Source of the DNA: Candidatus Wirthbacteria bacterium
Lineage (GTDB): Bacteria; Patescibacteriota; CG2-30-54-11
Assembly: GCA_903889905.1 (NCBI GenBank)
Contig: CAISZI010000046.1
Span: 64,853 to 128,852, forward strand
DNA: 64,000 nucleotides
Direction of reading: 5' to 3'
The translations under genes were made by a program, and so were the position numbers. This document shows positions 29,202 to 39,119 of the stretch, piece after piece. The notes under the pieces were generated by a model. That model was not told the origin of the DNA, did no database searches, and was given only the letters and a program-made list of their open reading frames with translations. Position 1 is the first letter of the stretch. Every line of letters begins with the position of its first letter.

Positions 29202-29675
29202 TTAAACGGACGGGACAATATACCCCGAGGCATCCACGACAACTCCTTTGTCATCACCCAGATTGGTGTCGGTATCCTGTGCCGCGTGATCATCACCGCC
29301 CATGCGTTCTATGAAATACAGTTTCTCTCCCGTTTTGAGGGTAAAAACCTGCGTCTGGTAGCCAGGATTTTGGGCTGACAGCATGACCTGCGTCGCCCCA
29401 TCGGTCATGCTTTGGGTGGTCAAGGCAAAACCAGCCATGGCCGTCTTGGCCTGCGCCGATACAGTTCCCGGGAAAATCTGGTAAGAGAACTGGGCATCGC
29501 TGGAACTTTGGAACAGTTGTTTGGCGACTTCCGAGCCGGTGGTGGCGGCAGTGGAACTCTGAGCCGAGGGGGTATTGTTGCTCTGACTGGCACTGGTTTT
29601 GCCACTGACTGCCATATATCCCCCAATCAAGACCACAACCATTACGACTGCACCGACCAAGTACTTTGCTTTCAT
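29202..29675 (-). CDS. Membrane-anchored exported hypothetical protein
   Basis: N-terminal TM, S/T-rich linker, globular C-terminus (KLYFIE...DD....D..LGDD..VVVD..GY). Confidence 0.7.
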   Translation of the reverse strand: MKAKYLVGAVVMVVVLIGGYMAVSGKTSASQSNNTPSAQSSTAATTGSEVAKQLFQSSSDAQFSYQIFPGTVSAQAKTAMAGFALTTQSMTDGATQVMLSAQNPGYQTQVFTLKTGEKLYFIERMGGDDHAAQDTDTNLGDDKGVVVDASGYIVPSV

Positions 29676-30044
29676 TTTTTATCTCCAATTTGACAATAAA
29701 ACAGGGATATCGCTTTCGACGAACAGAACGCATACTAAAATTGTCTTAATAGTAACAGATTGATTTCCTTAAAATCAACTGATTAAGGCCATTTTTTTAC
29801 AACCAGATGCGCTCACAATGCCCAAAACCCGATATTGGGGATTAAAGCTGCTGACGCGAAAAAAACCAGCTCGTGGTAACCACTTTTACCTGCCTGGATC
29901 TGGCAGCGCTCCCTTGGTAATAAACCTGAACGGTCGATAATTTACAAAATTTGTCTTTCAAGGTCAACAGAAGGTTCGCCCTTTGTCTTATAGAAACATG
30001 CTTGGTATGTTTTATTCCCTTGGTTCGTGGCTGACTGGTGGCGC

Positions 30045-30242
30045 TTAACCCTTGATATCTTCCAAGCCGACAATCGAATAACCTGAGTTTGTTCTAGCCT
30101 GAATAGCCCAATCCCTTGCCTCCTCCATCGTAATCTCGCGGGCATCCGCAATGTGTTCTTTAGCAATCGCCTGTCCAAAATATATTTCAATCGGATCTGT
30201 GCTTGATCGCGGGAATATAAAATAACGCTTAATCATTGCCAC
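30045..30242 (-). CDS. Small hypothetical protein
   Basis: 65-aa ORF downstream of copA on the same strand; no motif. Confidence 0.35.
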   Translation of the reverse strand: MAMIKRYFIFPRSSTDPIEIYFGQAIAKEHIADAREITMEEARDWAIQARTNSGYSIVGLEDIKG

Positions 30243-30291
30243 TTGATCGAATCTCCGAAACTATTTGTTTATCAAACCACGGGCTCGCATT

Positions 30292-32937
30292 TTACATCCC
30301 CGCACTTAAGCGCGCAAATTCCACAAACATGGCCGTAAACACCACCACCATCACCACCGGTGCAATAATCGAGAGCCAGTTGCGCTGCCGTGGACGAAAC
30401 GAACGAATCAACAAAGAATTACTGACCACCGAGATGGAACTGACGGCCATGGCGAGCCCGGCCAGTTCCGGCTTCAGCACAAGACCAAAACCAGCTAGTG
30501 CGCGCGCCGCGATCGGGATGCCAATGACGTTGTAAAACAGCGAAAAGAACATATTCTGTTTGATTTTGCCAAACGTTTCGTTCGATAGTTCCAGTGCCGT
30601 AACCACATCGCGCAAATCGTTTTTGATGATGACGATGCCGCCCGCTTCCATGGCCACATCCGTGCCGCTGCCCATGGCAATGCCCAGATCTGCCTGCGCC
30701 AGAGCGGGCGAATCATTGATCCCATCACCAACCATGGCCACGTGTTTACCCATTCCCTGCAGCCGTTTCACCTCGTTGGCTTTGTCCTGCGGCAAGACTT
30801 CCGCAATCACATTCGTAATCCCCAGCTGCTTGGCAATGGCCATAGCTGTGAGCTGGTTATCTCCGGTCAGCATAAAGACCTCGATCTTGCGCTGCTGCAA
30901 CATTTTAATAGCTTCCCGCGACGTGTCTTTGACCGTGTCCGCCACGGCAATCGCACCGAGGATTTCCTTGGAGGTAGCCAGCAACATGACAGTTTTGCCC
31001 TGGGTTTCGAAGTTTTGCAGTTTGGCATTCACTGCGGTGAGGAGAAGTCCCAACGTTTCAACAACCAGTCGCCGGTTCCCCAAAAAGTAAGTCATCTCGC
31101 CAATCTGGCCTTGCACGCCGTGCCCGGGAATCGCCTTAAACTGCTGAACTTCGCTAAGCTCAACCTTTTGGCCTTTGGCATGGTTCAAAATCGCTTCGGC
31201 TAGCGGATGCTCCGACGACAACTCCAGGCTCGCCGCCAAACGAACAACCTCTGTGACTGAAATTTGACCAAAAAATTCCACATCCGTCACTTCCGGCTTG
31301 CCGTTGGTCAATGTTCCAGTTTTGTCAAAAACAATCGTATCGATGCGAGTCGCTGCCTCCAAGGGCTCACCACCTTTGATCAGAATCCCCTGCTCGGCAC
31401 CTTTGCCGGTACCGACCATAATTGCGGTTGGCGTGGCCAGCCCCAAAGCACAGGGACAGGCAATCACAATCACAGCGGTGAAGGCCATCAAGGCAAAGGA
31501 TAGTGTCGCACCAAGGACAAAAAACCAAACCAGAAAAGTCAGCAGTGCTATACCAATCACGCCCGGCACGAACACCGCCGCGATCCGATCAGCAAAACCC
31601 TGAATCGGTGCCTTGCTCCCCTGCGCATCTTCGATCAGTCGGATGATCTGTGACAGCGTTGTTTCGCTACCCACGCGTTCAGCAGCAAATTCAAAACTCC
31701 CGTGTTTGTTGAGCGTTGCGCCGATCACTTTGTCACCCACATTTTTTTCCACCGGCAGGCTTTCACCCGTCAGCATCGACTCGTCAACGGACGAATTGCC
31801 TTTCACGATGCGGCCATCCACCGGGATTTTTTCACCTGGTCGCACCAGCACAATGTCGCCTGCAACAACCTGCTCAATCGGGATGTCCACCATTTCACTG
31901 CCACGCACCACGCGCGCTGTCTTGGCTTGCAAACCCATGAGCTTGGTAATGGCTGACGAGGTCTGCCCTTTGGCGCGCATTTCGAGCCATTTACCCAGCA
32001 GCACAAAAGTAATCAAAAACGCGGCGGTTTCAAAATACAATTCCGGCACCATCTCGCCATTCAAGCCAAGTAGCGAGTGCTGCGTCAAAGCAAAATTGAT
32101 AAAATTAACCAGGCTGTACCCAAACGCCGTACTGGTGCCAATCGCAATCAGGCTGTCCATATTGAAAGTCCGCATCCGCAAAGCTGCCCAGAACCCTTTG
32201 TAAAACCCCACCCCGATCACAAACTGCACCGGTGTTGCCAGGATCAAGGAAGCTAAGCCAAAATAGGGCATCAAACTGGCACCCGGCAAAAATTTCAACC
32301 AGTTGAGCAGCATAAAATACAGCATCGGCAAACTCAAAACAGCCGCAACCCAGAAACGGTTCCAATAGGATTTGATTTCCTTGGCTCGCTTTTTGCGATC
32401 ATGGTCAGTATCACGACTATCGACAAGCGCAGCACCATAACCGGCCATTTTGACAGCGTTTTGCAGGACATCTGTTGCAACTCCGGCGCTGACAGTAACC
32501 AGTGCTTTTTCGGCGGCAAAGTTAACATTCGCCATTTGTACTCCCGGCACTTTGCGCAGTGATTTTTCGATCAGCAGCGCGCACGAGGCGCAGTGCATGC
32601 CCGAAAGGGAAAGAGAAACACGCTCGCTGCCAGTACTTGTCGCAGCCGGAGCCACAGACGGCTTTGCTGCAGACACAACAGACGTAGTCGCATGCGGTTG
32701 TTCTGAGGTTATCTCCTTTTCGCTGACGACAACAGCCTCATAACCATCCGCTTTGATGGTCTCTAAAACGCGCGCCAGGTCAACGGTGTCATCTGCAGTT
32801 ACTGTTCCACTACCGGTTTTGAAATCAGCCAAAACCGAATGAACTCCAGTCATTTCCCCAACGTCTTCCTTGATCAGCATTTCACACGATGCACAATGCA
32901 TACCGGTGATTTTGAGATTTACGATCTTCATGCTCAT
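30292..32937 (-). CDS. copA: Copper-translocating P1B-type ATPase
   Basis: Two GMHCASC HMA domains, TGES, CPC, DKTGT, SEHPL, GDGIND, YN and MAVSS motifs; start placed at MSMKIV. Confidence 0.95.
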   Translation of the reverse strand: MSMKIVNLKITGMHCASCEMLIKEDVGEMTGVHSVLADFKTGSGTVTADDTVDLARVLETIKADGYEAVVVSEKEITSEQPHATTSVVSAAKPSVAPAATSTGSERVSLSLSGMHCASCALLIEKSLRKVPGVQMANVNFAAEKALVTVSAGVATDVLQNAVKMAGYGAALVDSRDTDHDRKKRAKEIKSYWNRFWVAAVLSLPMLYFMLLNWLKFLPGASLMPYFGLASLILATPVQFVIGVGFYKGFWAALRMRTFNMDSLIAIGTSTAFGYSLVNFINFALTQHSLLGLNGEMVPELYFETAAFLITFVLLGKWLEMRAKGQTSSAITKLMGLQAKTARVVRGSEMVDIPIEQVVAGDIVLVRPGEKIPVDGRIVKGNSSVDESMLTGESLPVEKNVGDKVIGATLNKHGSFEFAAERVGSETTLSQIIRLIEDAQGSKAPIQGFADRIAAVFVPGVIGIALLTFLVWFFVLGATLSFALMAFTAVIVIACPCALGLATPTAIMVGTGKGAEQGILIKGGEPLEAATRIDTIVFDKTGTLTNGKPEVTDVEFFGQISVTEVVRLAASLELSSEHPLAEAILNHAKGQKVELSEVQQFKAIPGHGVQGQIGEMTYFLGNRRLVVETLGLLLTAVNAKLQNFETQGKTVMLLATSKEILGAIAVADTVKDTSREAIKMLQQRKIEVFMLTGDNQLTAMAIAKQLGITNVIAEVLPQDKANEVKRLQGMGKHVAMVGDGINDSPALAQADLGIAMGSGTDVAMEAGGIVIIKNDLRDVVTALELSNETFGKIKQNMFFSLFYNVIGIPIAARALAGFGLVLKPELAGLAMAVSSISVVSNSLLIRSFRPRQRNWLSIIAPVVMVVVFTAMFVEFARLSAGM

Positions 32938-32953
32938 TTTCCGGTTGAAAAGA

Positions 32954-33157
32954 TTAAACTTCGGCGACACTGTAATGAGTGTCCACCAGGGCCTGCGATA
33001 TCTCGTCTTTGCCAATGGCGCGAGCCGCCTCAATTTGGGTCGTGCCATCCAGGTTCACTTCCACTTTGGTCACACCTTCAATTTTGCCAATCCGCTTGCT
33101 GGCCATTTTGACACAACCTTCGCAGGTGATGCCATTTAACTTGATTGTTGTGCTCAT
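32954..33157 (-). CDS. HMA-domain copper chaperone (CopZ-like)
   Basis: [15 protein letters not shown]; between the DsbD_2-type gene and copA. Confidence 0.85.
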   Translation of the reverse strand: MSTTIKLNGITCEGCVKMASKRIGKIEGVTKVEVNLDGTTQIEAARAIGKDEISQALVDTHYSVAEV

Positions 33158-33185
33158 ACGTCTTTCCTTGTTGATGATAATAAAA

Positions 33186-34556
33186 CTAGGATCCTGCGGC
33201 GCTCTCCACCACGACAAACTTGCCCGGGTACATACCCATCGTGCAGTTAAACCGGATTTCTCCCACCTGCTGCGGCGTAAATTCGATCACATTGTCGCCC
33301 TGGGTTAAATTCTGACGAACGCCAAGCGTGGCAGCGATGATACCACTCGAACAGGAATAGGGATCAGTGCCGGTCACGATCCACCGTACCGGAATGCCTT
33401 TTTGGACAGTGAATTTGTTGGGCGTATACCCTGACGCCGATTGCCGCATGTGCACGACCTGAACTCCGTTTTCCAGCTTGACGTTGGCGTCACCGGGAGC
33501 TGCTGCGGTGGAACTGCCGGCGTCAAAAATCGAACTCCAGCCCGTCAGATTAAACCCATTGTTGAGGTTGAACAGAGCCAGTGCCACCACCAGCACACCC
33601 GCGAACTTATAAAATCGTTTGGCCCAGATGCCTTTGAATGCCGTAGACAAACCGCCCACGCTCAGCAGACCAGGAGCCGTCCCCAACGCAAACGTTGCCA
33701 TAATCAAGCCACCGGACAAAAAGTTGCCGGTCGTCATGGCATAAAGCTGCATCGATTGCGTAAATCCGCACGGCAGAAAAAACGTGAGAGCACCAAGAAT
33801 CATGGCATTGCGGTTGCTGTACTCGCGGTCTTTTTTCTCCTGCACACCCAACTTGCGACCCAACCACGACGGCAGCGCAAATGACCAGTTGGTGAGTCGA
33901 GGGAACAGATTGGTGAGCTGCAAACCCAGCGTGAGCATCACGACCGCCGCCCCGATCGTGAGCACCCCGAGCATCATGCCCGTGAGTTGGAACGCCTTGC
34001 CCAGCATGCCAATGATGCCGCCCAGCATAAAATACGAGGCAATACGTCCGATGTTAAATAAAAGATGTGGTGTGAACTTCTTCTGCCAGGTCGCGTCCAT
34101 ATTCGCTTCCGCAAAACGCGTCGATAGTCCCAGAATCAATCCGCCCACCAGTGCCATGCAGGTCGAGATTCCGGCCGTAAGCCCAACCAGAAACACTACC
34201 GCCAGACTGGATGGATTACCGCCACTGCCAATGCTTAAATTCATCAATCCCAGGGCCCGTGCCAAAACAACAACAAGGGCCACAAGTGCGGCGGCAAGCC
34301 CAAGTTCGACAAGCTCGGTGGAATCACGATTGATCAGAGCCTGTGGATCATCACGACCCACACTGTAGCCAGCTTCCTGCACCGCCTGTTTGAGCTGTTT
34401 CATGGCAAGCGGTTTGGCAGATACGATCTCGACCAAATTTTTCTTGTTACTGGCTTTGACTTTTTTGACACCCGGCAATTCCTGCAGCTTTTCTTCGACC
34501 AACATTTCGCAGGCTTTGCAGTGCATACCTTTGATCGGGACGATTATTTTTTCCAT
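33186..34556 (-). CDS. HMA + DsbD_2/TauE-like membrane domain + cupredoxin-like domain protein
   Basis: GMHCKAC, STC..LVGG, FFLPCGFTQ, C-terminal CSS...F.CTMGMY. Confidence 0.88.
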   Translation of the reverse strand: MEKIIVPIKGMHCKACEMLVEEKLQELPGVKKVKASNKKNLVEIVSAKPLAMKQLKQAVQEAGYSVGRDDPQALINRDSTELVELGLAAALVALVVVLARALGLMNLSIGSGGNPSSLAVVFLVGLTAGISTCMALVGGLILGLSTRFAEANMDATWQKKFTPHLLFNIGRIASYFMLGGIIGMLGKAFQLTGMMLGVLTIGAAVVMLTLGLQLTNLFPRLTNWSFALPSWLGRKLGVQEKKDREYSNRNAMILGALTFFLPCGFTQSMQLYAMTTGNFLSGGLIMATFALGTAPGLLSVGGLSTAFKGIWAKRFYKFAGVLVVALALFNLNNGFNLTGWSSIFDAGSSTAAAPGDANVKLENGVQVVHMRQSASGYTPNKFTVQKGIPVRWIVTGTDPYSCSSGIIAATLGVRQNLTQGDNVIEFTPQQVGEIRFNCTMGMYPGKFVVVESAAGS

Positions 34557-34570
34557 GCGAGTCCTTTTGT

Positions 34571-34846
34571 TTAGGTTTTGCTCACGAGCTTGGAAACAGT
34601 CAGGATTTCCTGCACCATTTTCTGTTTGCGTTCTTCGTTGGTCGTTTTCATGGCATTACTGAAACAGCTATTCAGGTGGCCTTCCATCATCATCTGGTGT
34701 GCGGACTTCAAAAGACCTATGACTGCCAGGTTCTGTTGCATGATGTCGATGCAGTACTCGCCGTCCTCGGTCATTTTGACGATGCGGTCGAGGTGGGAGC
34801 GAGCTTTTTTTAGGTTGACGAGTGTGGCTTGGTTTTTGGCATCCAT
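34571..34846 (-). CDS. csoR: CsoR/RcnR-family metal-sensing repressor
   Basis: YCIDIMQQ..AV, H..SC metal ligands; heads the copper operon. Confidence 0.88.
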   Translation of the reverse strand: MDAKNQATLVNLKKARSHLDRIVKMTEDGEYCIDIMQQNLAVIGLLKSAHQMMMEGHLNSCFSNAMKTTNEERKQKMVQEILTVSKLVSKT

Positions 34847-34866
34847 CCTTTTCTCCCATTAGATTA

Positions 34867-34889
34867 TACACCCACCTGGGGTGGAGGTA
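34867..34889. promoter_or_regulatory. Putative CsoR operator
   Basis: TAC-ACCCACC-TG-GGGTGGAG-GTA: C/G-tract pseudo-palindrome bounded by TAC/GTA just upstream of csoR. Confidence 0.55.
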
Positions 34890-35116
34890 ATACGAAACAA
34901 GAATAGCACCAAAACGCCAACATAGCTGTATAAAACTTGACATTATAGCTTTAAGTAAATTTTATCCCCGTGCCGTTAAAGTAGTGTTGTCATCGGGAGT
35001 GGTCGAACGATGGCACCATCAATCAACTCTCGCGCTAAAAGATGGATTTTAACCACTTAATCAGCAGGCAGTACTCGTCAGTTCATTCCTTTAACTATTA
35101 TTCTAAGGTGAAATCA

Positions 35117-35719
35117 ATGAAAAAATCGCTCAAAACCTATCTAACCGCCGGCGCCATTGTCGCCGTTGTCGGACTCGTCGGGACAGCGGGTGCGCTCACC
35201 GTCGCCCATGCGGCCACGACGACCAATTCCACTGTCTCCAATTTCATCTCCCAGGTAGCCACCAAAATCGGCATCAGCAGCGACAAGCTGCAGGCCGCGG
35301 TGGATTCGACCCGGACTGACATTCAGACGCAAACCCTGAGCACGGCTGTCACTAGTGGCAAAATGACTCAGGCCCAGGCCGACGTCTTGCAAAAAATTGA
35401 AACCTATCGCCAGACCGAACAGTCGACTGAAACTGCCGCTGCGCGTCAGACCGAAATGACTGCCCGCAAAACCGCCATGGATGCTTTGCCGAGCACGGCC
35501 ACACCAACGGAACGCCAGGCAGCCATGCAAAAAATCGAGGATCAAAACAACCAGACCATGGCAACAGCCCTGGGCATTGATATTTCAACCATTAACGATG
35601 CGCTCACAGCAGCCAAAACGGCTGGTATCGGCGGCCCAGGCATGGGTGGTCGCGGCATGGGCGGTGGGCGTGGTGGCATGCACGAAGGCGGCATGGGCAT
35701 GAGGGGTGGTGGATTCTAA
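35117..35719 (+). CDS. Secreted helical protein with Gly/Met-rich C-terminus
   Basis: Signal peptide (AHA), VA.KIGIS..KLQAA, AV..GKMTQAQAD, GGRGMGG tail. Confidence 0.75.
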   Translation: MKKSLKTYLTAGAIVAVVGLVGTAGALTVAHAATTTNSTVSNFISQVATKIGISSDKLQAAVDSTRTDIQTQTLSTAVTSGKMTQAQADVLQKIETYRQTEQSTETAAARQTEMTARKTAMDALPSTATPTERQAAMQKIEDQNNQTMATALGIDISTINDALTAAKTAGIGGPGMGGRGMGGGRGGMHEGGMGMRGGGF

Positions 35720-35737
35720 ACTCAAACGAAATTAACC

Positions 35738-35776
35738 AGCAAAGCCATCCTGGCCCGGAGTCAGAATGGCTTTGCT
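35738..35776 (+). terminator. Stem-loop after secreted protein gene
   Basis: AGCAAAGCCAT...ATGGCTTTGCT inverted repeat; weak U-tract. Confidence 0.5.
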
Positions 35777-35849
35777 GCAAGCATTGGTCACTTGACCAAA
35801 TCCCGTTAAGGCCTATAATCAAAGCACAATTAAATACAGCTCGTGCCAC

Positions 35850-36079
35850 TTTTAGTAATTGTTGCCATGTTGAAACGTTAGCGATCGGGGAAAAACCAGG
35901 TGCAAGCCCCGACAACCCAGCCACAATGAAACGCAATTGGCATACAGCGAGCGACCAATGAGCCCGCCAGATTCTGGGTCAAAATTTTGATCCCATGATC
36001 ACCACGGGGAACCAGGGTGGTACCACGAAGTGAATAACTCCTTCGTCCCGACAATTTTGTCGTGATGGCGGAGTTTTTT
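35850..36079 (+). promoter_or_regulatory. T-box riboswitch, Arg specifier (CGC)
   Basis: AGCGA box, GGUGCAAG apical loop, GAAA-CGC-A (35932-35934), AGGGUGGUACCACG T-box (36014-36027), terminator AACUCC...GGAGUUUUUU; upstream of argC. Confidence 0.85.
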
Positions 36080-36109
36080 GTTGTCTTAATTTTCATCAGG
36101 GAGGACGTC

Positions 36110-37117
36110 ATGCTTAACATCGGTATTTACGGCGCCTGCAGCTACACCGGATTGGAACTGGTGCGCTTGCTAAATCGTCATCCCCATGTACGTATCGTCT
36201 TCATGACTTCCGATACTTTTGCCGGGAAAAAACTCTGTGACGTAGCCCCCGTGCCATTCGACCATATGCTGCACCCGCATCACCACGTCCCGTCCGCACC
36301 GATCGACCTGGCTTTTCTGGCACTGCCTTCTGACAAAGCGGCATTACTGGCTGGACCAATGCTGTCAAAAGGTACAAGAGTTATTGACCTGTCAGCTGCC
36401 TTTCGCCTGCATGATCCGAATCTTTACGAGCGCACCTACCACAGGGTGCACCCAGCACCGCAGCTGTTGTCCTCCGCGGTCTATGGGTTACCGGAACTGC
36501 ATCGCAACCCAATCCAACAAGCCCAACTGGTCGCCAATCCCGGCTGCTATCCGACCAGCGTATTACTCGCCCTTGATCCACTGGCCAGAGCACATGCAAT
36601 CGCCGGGACGGTCATCATCGACGCCAAATCCGGCGTTTCCGGCACAGGTAAAACACCAGCAGCCAACAATCACTTTGTGGCTGTTAACGAAAACGTTCTG
36701 CCTTACGCTCTGGGCAACCAGCATCGCCATGTGCCAGAAATGGAACAGGAATTGCAGGCTATTGATCCGGGCTTTGCGCTGATCTTTTCACCTCACCTGG
36801 TACCCGTAAGTCGCGGTATTTTGTCCACACTGTATGTGCCTCTGCAGAACAGTTGGGACGAAGCCATGGTGCGGTTCCTGCTGGAGGATTTTTACCGGCA
36901 CGAGCCGTTTGTCCGCATGTTGCCCGCCGGTCAAACCGCGACCATGGCCCACAGCCAGGGCAGCAATGTCTGCGTGCTGTCGCTGCATTTTATTCCCTCA
37001 CCGCGGCAACTCGTGCTCTGTTCGTCAATCGACAATCTGATCAAAGGCGCGAGTGGCCAGGCAATCCAGAACATGAACCTGATGTTTGGCCTGGACGAAA
37101 CCACGGCCCTGCTTTAA
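36110..37117 (+). CDS. argC: N-acetyl-gamma-glutamyl-phosphate reductase
   Basis: GA.SYTG.EL, IDLSA.FRL, YGLPEL, ANPGCYPT, DNLIKGASGQAIQNMN; GGAGG RBS before ATG 36110. Confidence 0.95.
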   Translation: MLNIGIYGACSYTGLELVRLLNRHPHVRIVFMTSDTFAGKKLCDVAPVPFDHMLHPHHHVPSAPIDLAFLALPSDKAALLAGPMLSKGTRVIDLSAAFRLHDPNLYERTYHRVHPAPQLLSSAVYGLPELHRNPIQQAQLVANPGCYPTSVLLALDPLARAHAIAGTVIIDAKSGVSGTGKTPAANNHFVAVNENVLPYALGNQHRHVPEMEQELQAIDPGFALIFSPHLVPVSRGILSTLYVPLQNSWDEAMVRFLLEDFYRHEPFVRMLPAGQTATMAHSQGSNVCVLSLHFIPSPRQLVLCSSIDNLIKGASGQAIQNMNLMFGLDETTALL

Positions 37118-37131
37118 TCCAAGGAAAAACC

Positions 37132-37905
37132 ATGCTCATTATTAAAATCGGTGGCAATGACATTGATGACCCGCCGTTTCTCGTCCGTTTTACCCAAGCC
37201 GTAGTCAAGCTGCCCGACATTCCCGTCATCGTCCACGGCGGTGGCAAGGAAATCGCCGCACTGCAGACCCTACTTGGACTCAAGCCACAGTTCATCAACG
37301 GCCTGAGGGTAACCGATGAAGAGTCTCTCCAGGTTGCCCAGATGGTACTTTGCGGCCGCATCAACCAGCGCCTCGTGGCCGCATTCGAACATGCCGGTGG
37401 CGACGCCATGGGATTAAGTGGAGCAGATCGCGGACTGCTTGCGGCACGCAAACTAAAAATTAAAAATGGCGATCTCGGTTTTGTTGGCCTGATCACCCGC
37501 GTCAAAGCGACGGTGCTGCTGGAACTTACCCAACAAACTATCATCCCGGTCGTCGCGCCCATCGCCTGGTCTCGAACCCACGCCTTCAATATCAATGCCG
37601 ATAGCTGCGCCTGTGCCATTGCCAAGGCGTTAATGGCGGACGAACTGATGTTCGTGACCAACGTCCCAGGAGTTATGCGGGACAAGCTGACAATCCCATC
37701 CCTCACGCCAAAACAAGCTCAAACGCTGATCCACAAAAACATTATCACCGGTGGCATGCTTCCCAAAGTCCGCTCTGCGATCAAAGCGGTACAAAGCGGC
37801 GTACCCAAAGTCCGCATCACCAGTCTCGACGGACTTGGCCAAAACAAAGGCACGATATTCACACCAGACAAAACCCATGTGTCCACTGACAAGGAGTTGC
37901 GATGA
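37132..37905 (+). CDS. argB: Acetylglutamate kinase
   Basis: IIKIGG, VHGGG, GLRVTD, NINAD, GGMLPKV; start reassigned to ATG 37132. Confidence 0.95.
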   Translation: MLIIKIGGNDIDDPPFLVRFTQAVVKLPDIPVIVHGGGKEIAALQTLLGLKPQFINGLRVTDEESLQVAQMVLCGRINQRLVAAFEHAGGDAMGLSGADRGLLAARKLKIKNGDLGFVGLITRVKATVLLELTQQTIIPVVAPIAWSRTHAFNINADSCACAIAKALMADELMFVTNVPGVMRDKLTIPSLTPKQAQTLIHKNIITGGMLPKVRSAIKAVQSGVPKVRITSLDGLGQNKGTIFTPDKTHVSTDKELR

Positions 37906-39119
37906 ACACCGCTCAAATCATCCAGGCTGAACACGATTTTCTCGCCCCGACCTATACCCGTCCGCCCTTTGTGCTCAATAGCGGCAAAGGCTGCTATCTG
38001 GAGGACACGGATGGCAAGCGCTACCTCGACACCGGTGCCGGCATAGCGGTCAACGCGCTCGGCTATGGTGACGACAGTCTTGCACGAGCCATGCAACAGA
38101 GCGCCATCGGACTGATCCACACCTCCAATTTGTACTACAACGAACCCCAAATACAGCTCGCCCAAATGCTTGTCAAGAATTCCTTCGCCGACAAAGTCTT
38201 CTTCGCCAATTCCGGCACCGAAGCCAACGAAGCCGCAATCAAATTTGCCCGCAAATTTCAGGTTGAAAATGGCAACCCTGACCGCAAAGACATCATCGCC
38301 TTTTACGGCAGCTTCCACGGCCGCACCATGGGCGCTCTGGCGCTTACGGACAGCGAAAAATACCAAGCTCCCTTTCGCCCGCTCATGCCCGGCGTCACCT
38401 TTGCCGAGTTCAACGACATGGCCTCTGTGCGACACAAAATCAGCAAGCATACCGCCGCAATAATCATCGAACCCATCCAGGGCGAGAGTGGCATTCACCT
38501 CGCCACCACCGCGTTTCTCCAAAACCTGCGCCAGCTTTGCACGGACCAAGGCATCTTGCTCATCTGCGATGAAGTCCAATGTGGCCTGGGCCGTACCGGC
38601 AAGCTCTGGGCTCACCAGCACGCCAGCATCACACCCGACCTCATGACCATTGCCAAACCGCTCGCGGCCGGACTTCCGCTTGGCGCCGTGCTCATGATCG
38701 ACCAGGTTGCGAGCGCCATGCATACAAGCGAACACGGAACGACCTTTGGCGGAGGTCCTTTTGTCTGCAGTGTCGCGTTGCATGTTCTCCAAAGATTATG
38801 CGACCCAAAATTCCTGTCCCACGTCCAAACAACTGGCGAAGATCTCATGACCAAACTCAAACAGCTCCAGTCTCCACTGCTCAAGGAAGTTCGGGGGATG
38901 GGGCTGATGATCGGCGTAGAACTTACCATCGACGTGGGCAAAGTCAAAAAATTGGCCTACGAGCAAGGCTTGATCCTGATTCAAGCCAGGGACAATGTGC
39001 TCCGACTGATCCCCCCGCTGATTTGGGGAAAAGCGGAAACCGAAGCACTCCTCAATCGATTGACCGGATTACTTATTCCAGAACTCATCGCTATCGAGCA
39101 AAATGGACGTCAGCCGTAA
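37902..39119 (+). CDS. argD: Acetylornithine aminotransferase
   Basis: GIAVNALG, NSGTEANEAA.K, FHGRT, DEVQCGLGRTG, AKPLAAG, RG.GLMIG. Confidence 0.93.
   Translation: MNTAQIIQAEHDFLAPTYTRPPFVLNSGKGCYLEDTDGKRYLDTGAGIAVNALGYGDDSLARAMQQSAIGLIHTSNLYYNEPQIQLAQMLVKNSFADKVFFANSGTEANEAAIKFARKFQVENGNPDRKDIIAFYGSFHGRTMGALALTDSEKYQAPFRPLMPGVTFAEFNDMASVRHKISKHTAAIIIEPIQGESGIHLATTAFLQNLRQLCTDQGILLICDEVQCGLGRTGKLWAHQHASITPDLMTIAKPLAAGLPLGAVLMIDQVASAMHTSEHGTTFGGGPFVCSVALHVLQRLCDPKFLSHVQTTGEDLMTKLKQLQSPLLKEVRGMGLMIGVELTIDVGKVKKLAYEQGLILIQARDNVLRLIPPLIWGKAETEALLNRLTGLLIPELIAIEQNGRQP

Noticed and set aside
30292-34889. Copper locus as a novel system
   Set aside because: CsoR / DsbD_2-HMA / CopZ / CopA is a common, known arrangement.
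36853-37131. N-terminal extension of ArgB, and similar extensions of CopA, CopZ and TrpE in the ORF track
   Set aside because: They overlap upstream genes or leaders; family homology starts at downstream ATGs.
37719-38792. Long antisense ORFs (e.g. 37719..38792, 55462..56340, 21749..22510)
   Set aside because: They lie opposite well-supported genes and show no motifs; explained by codon-bias shadows.
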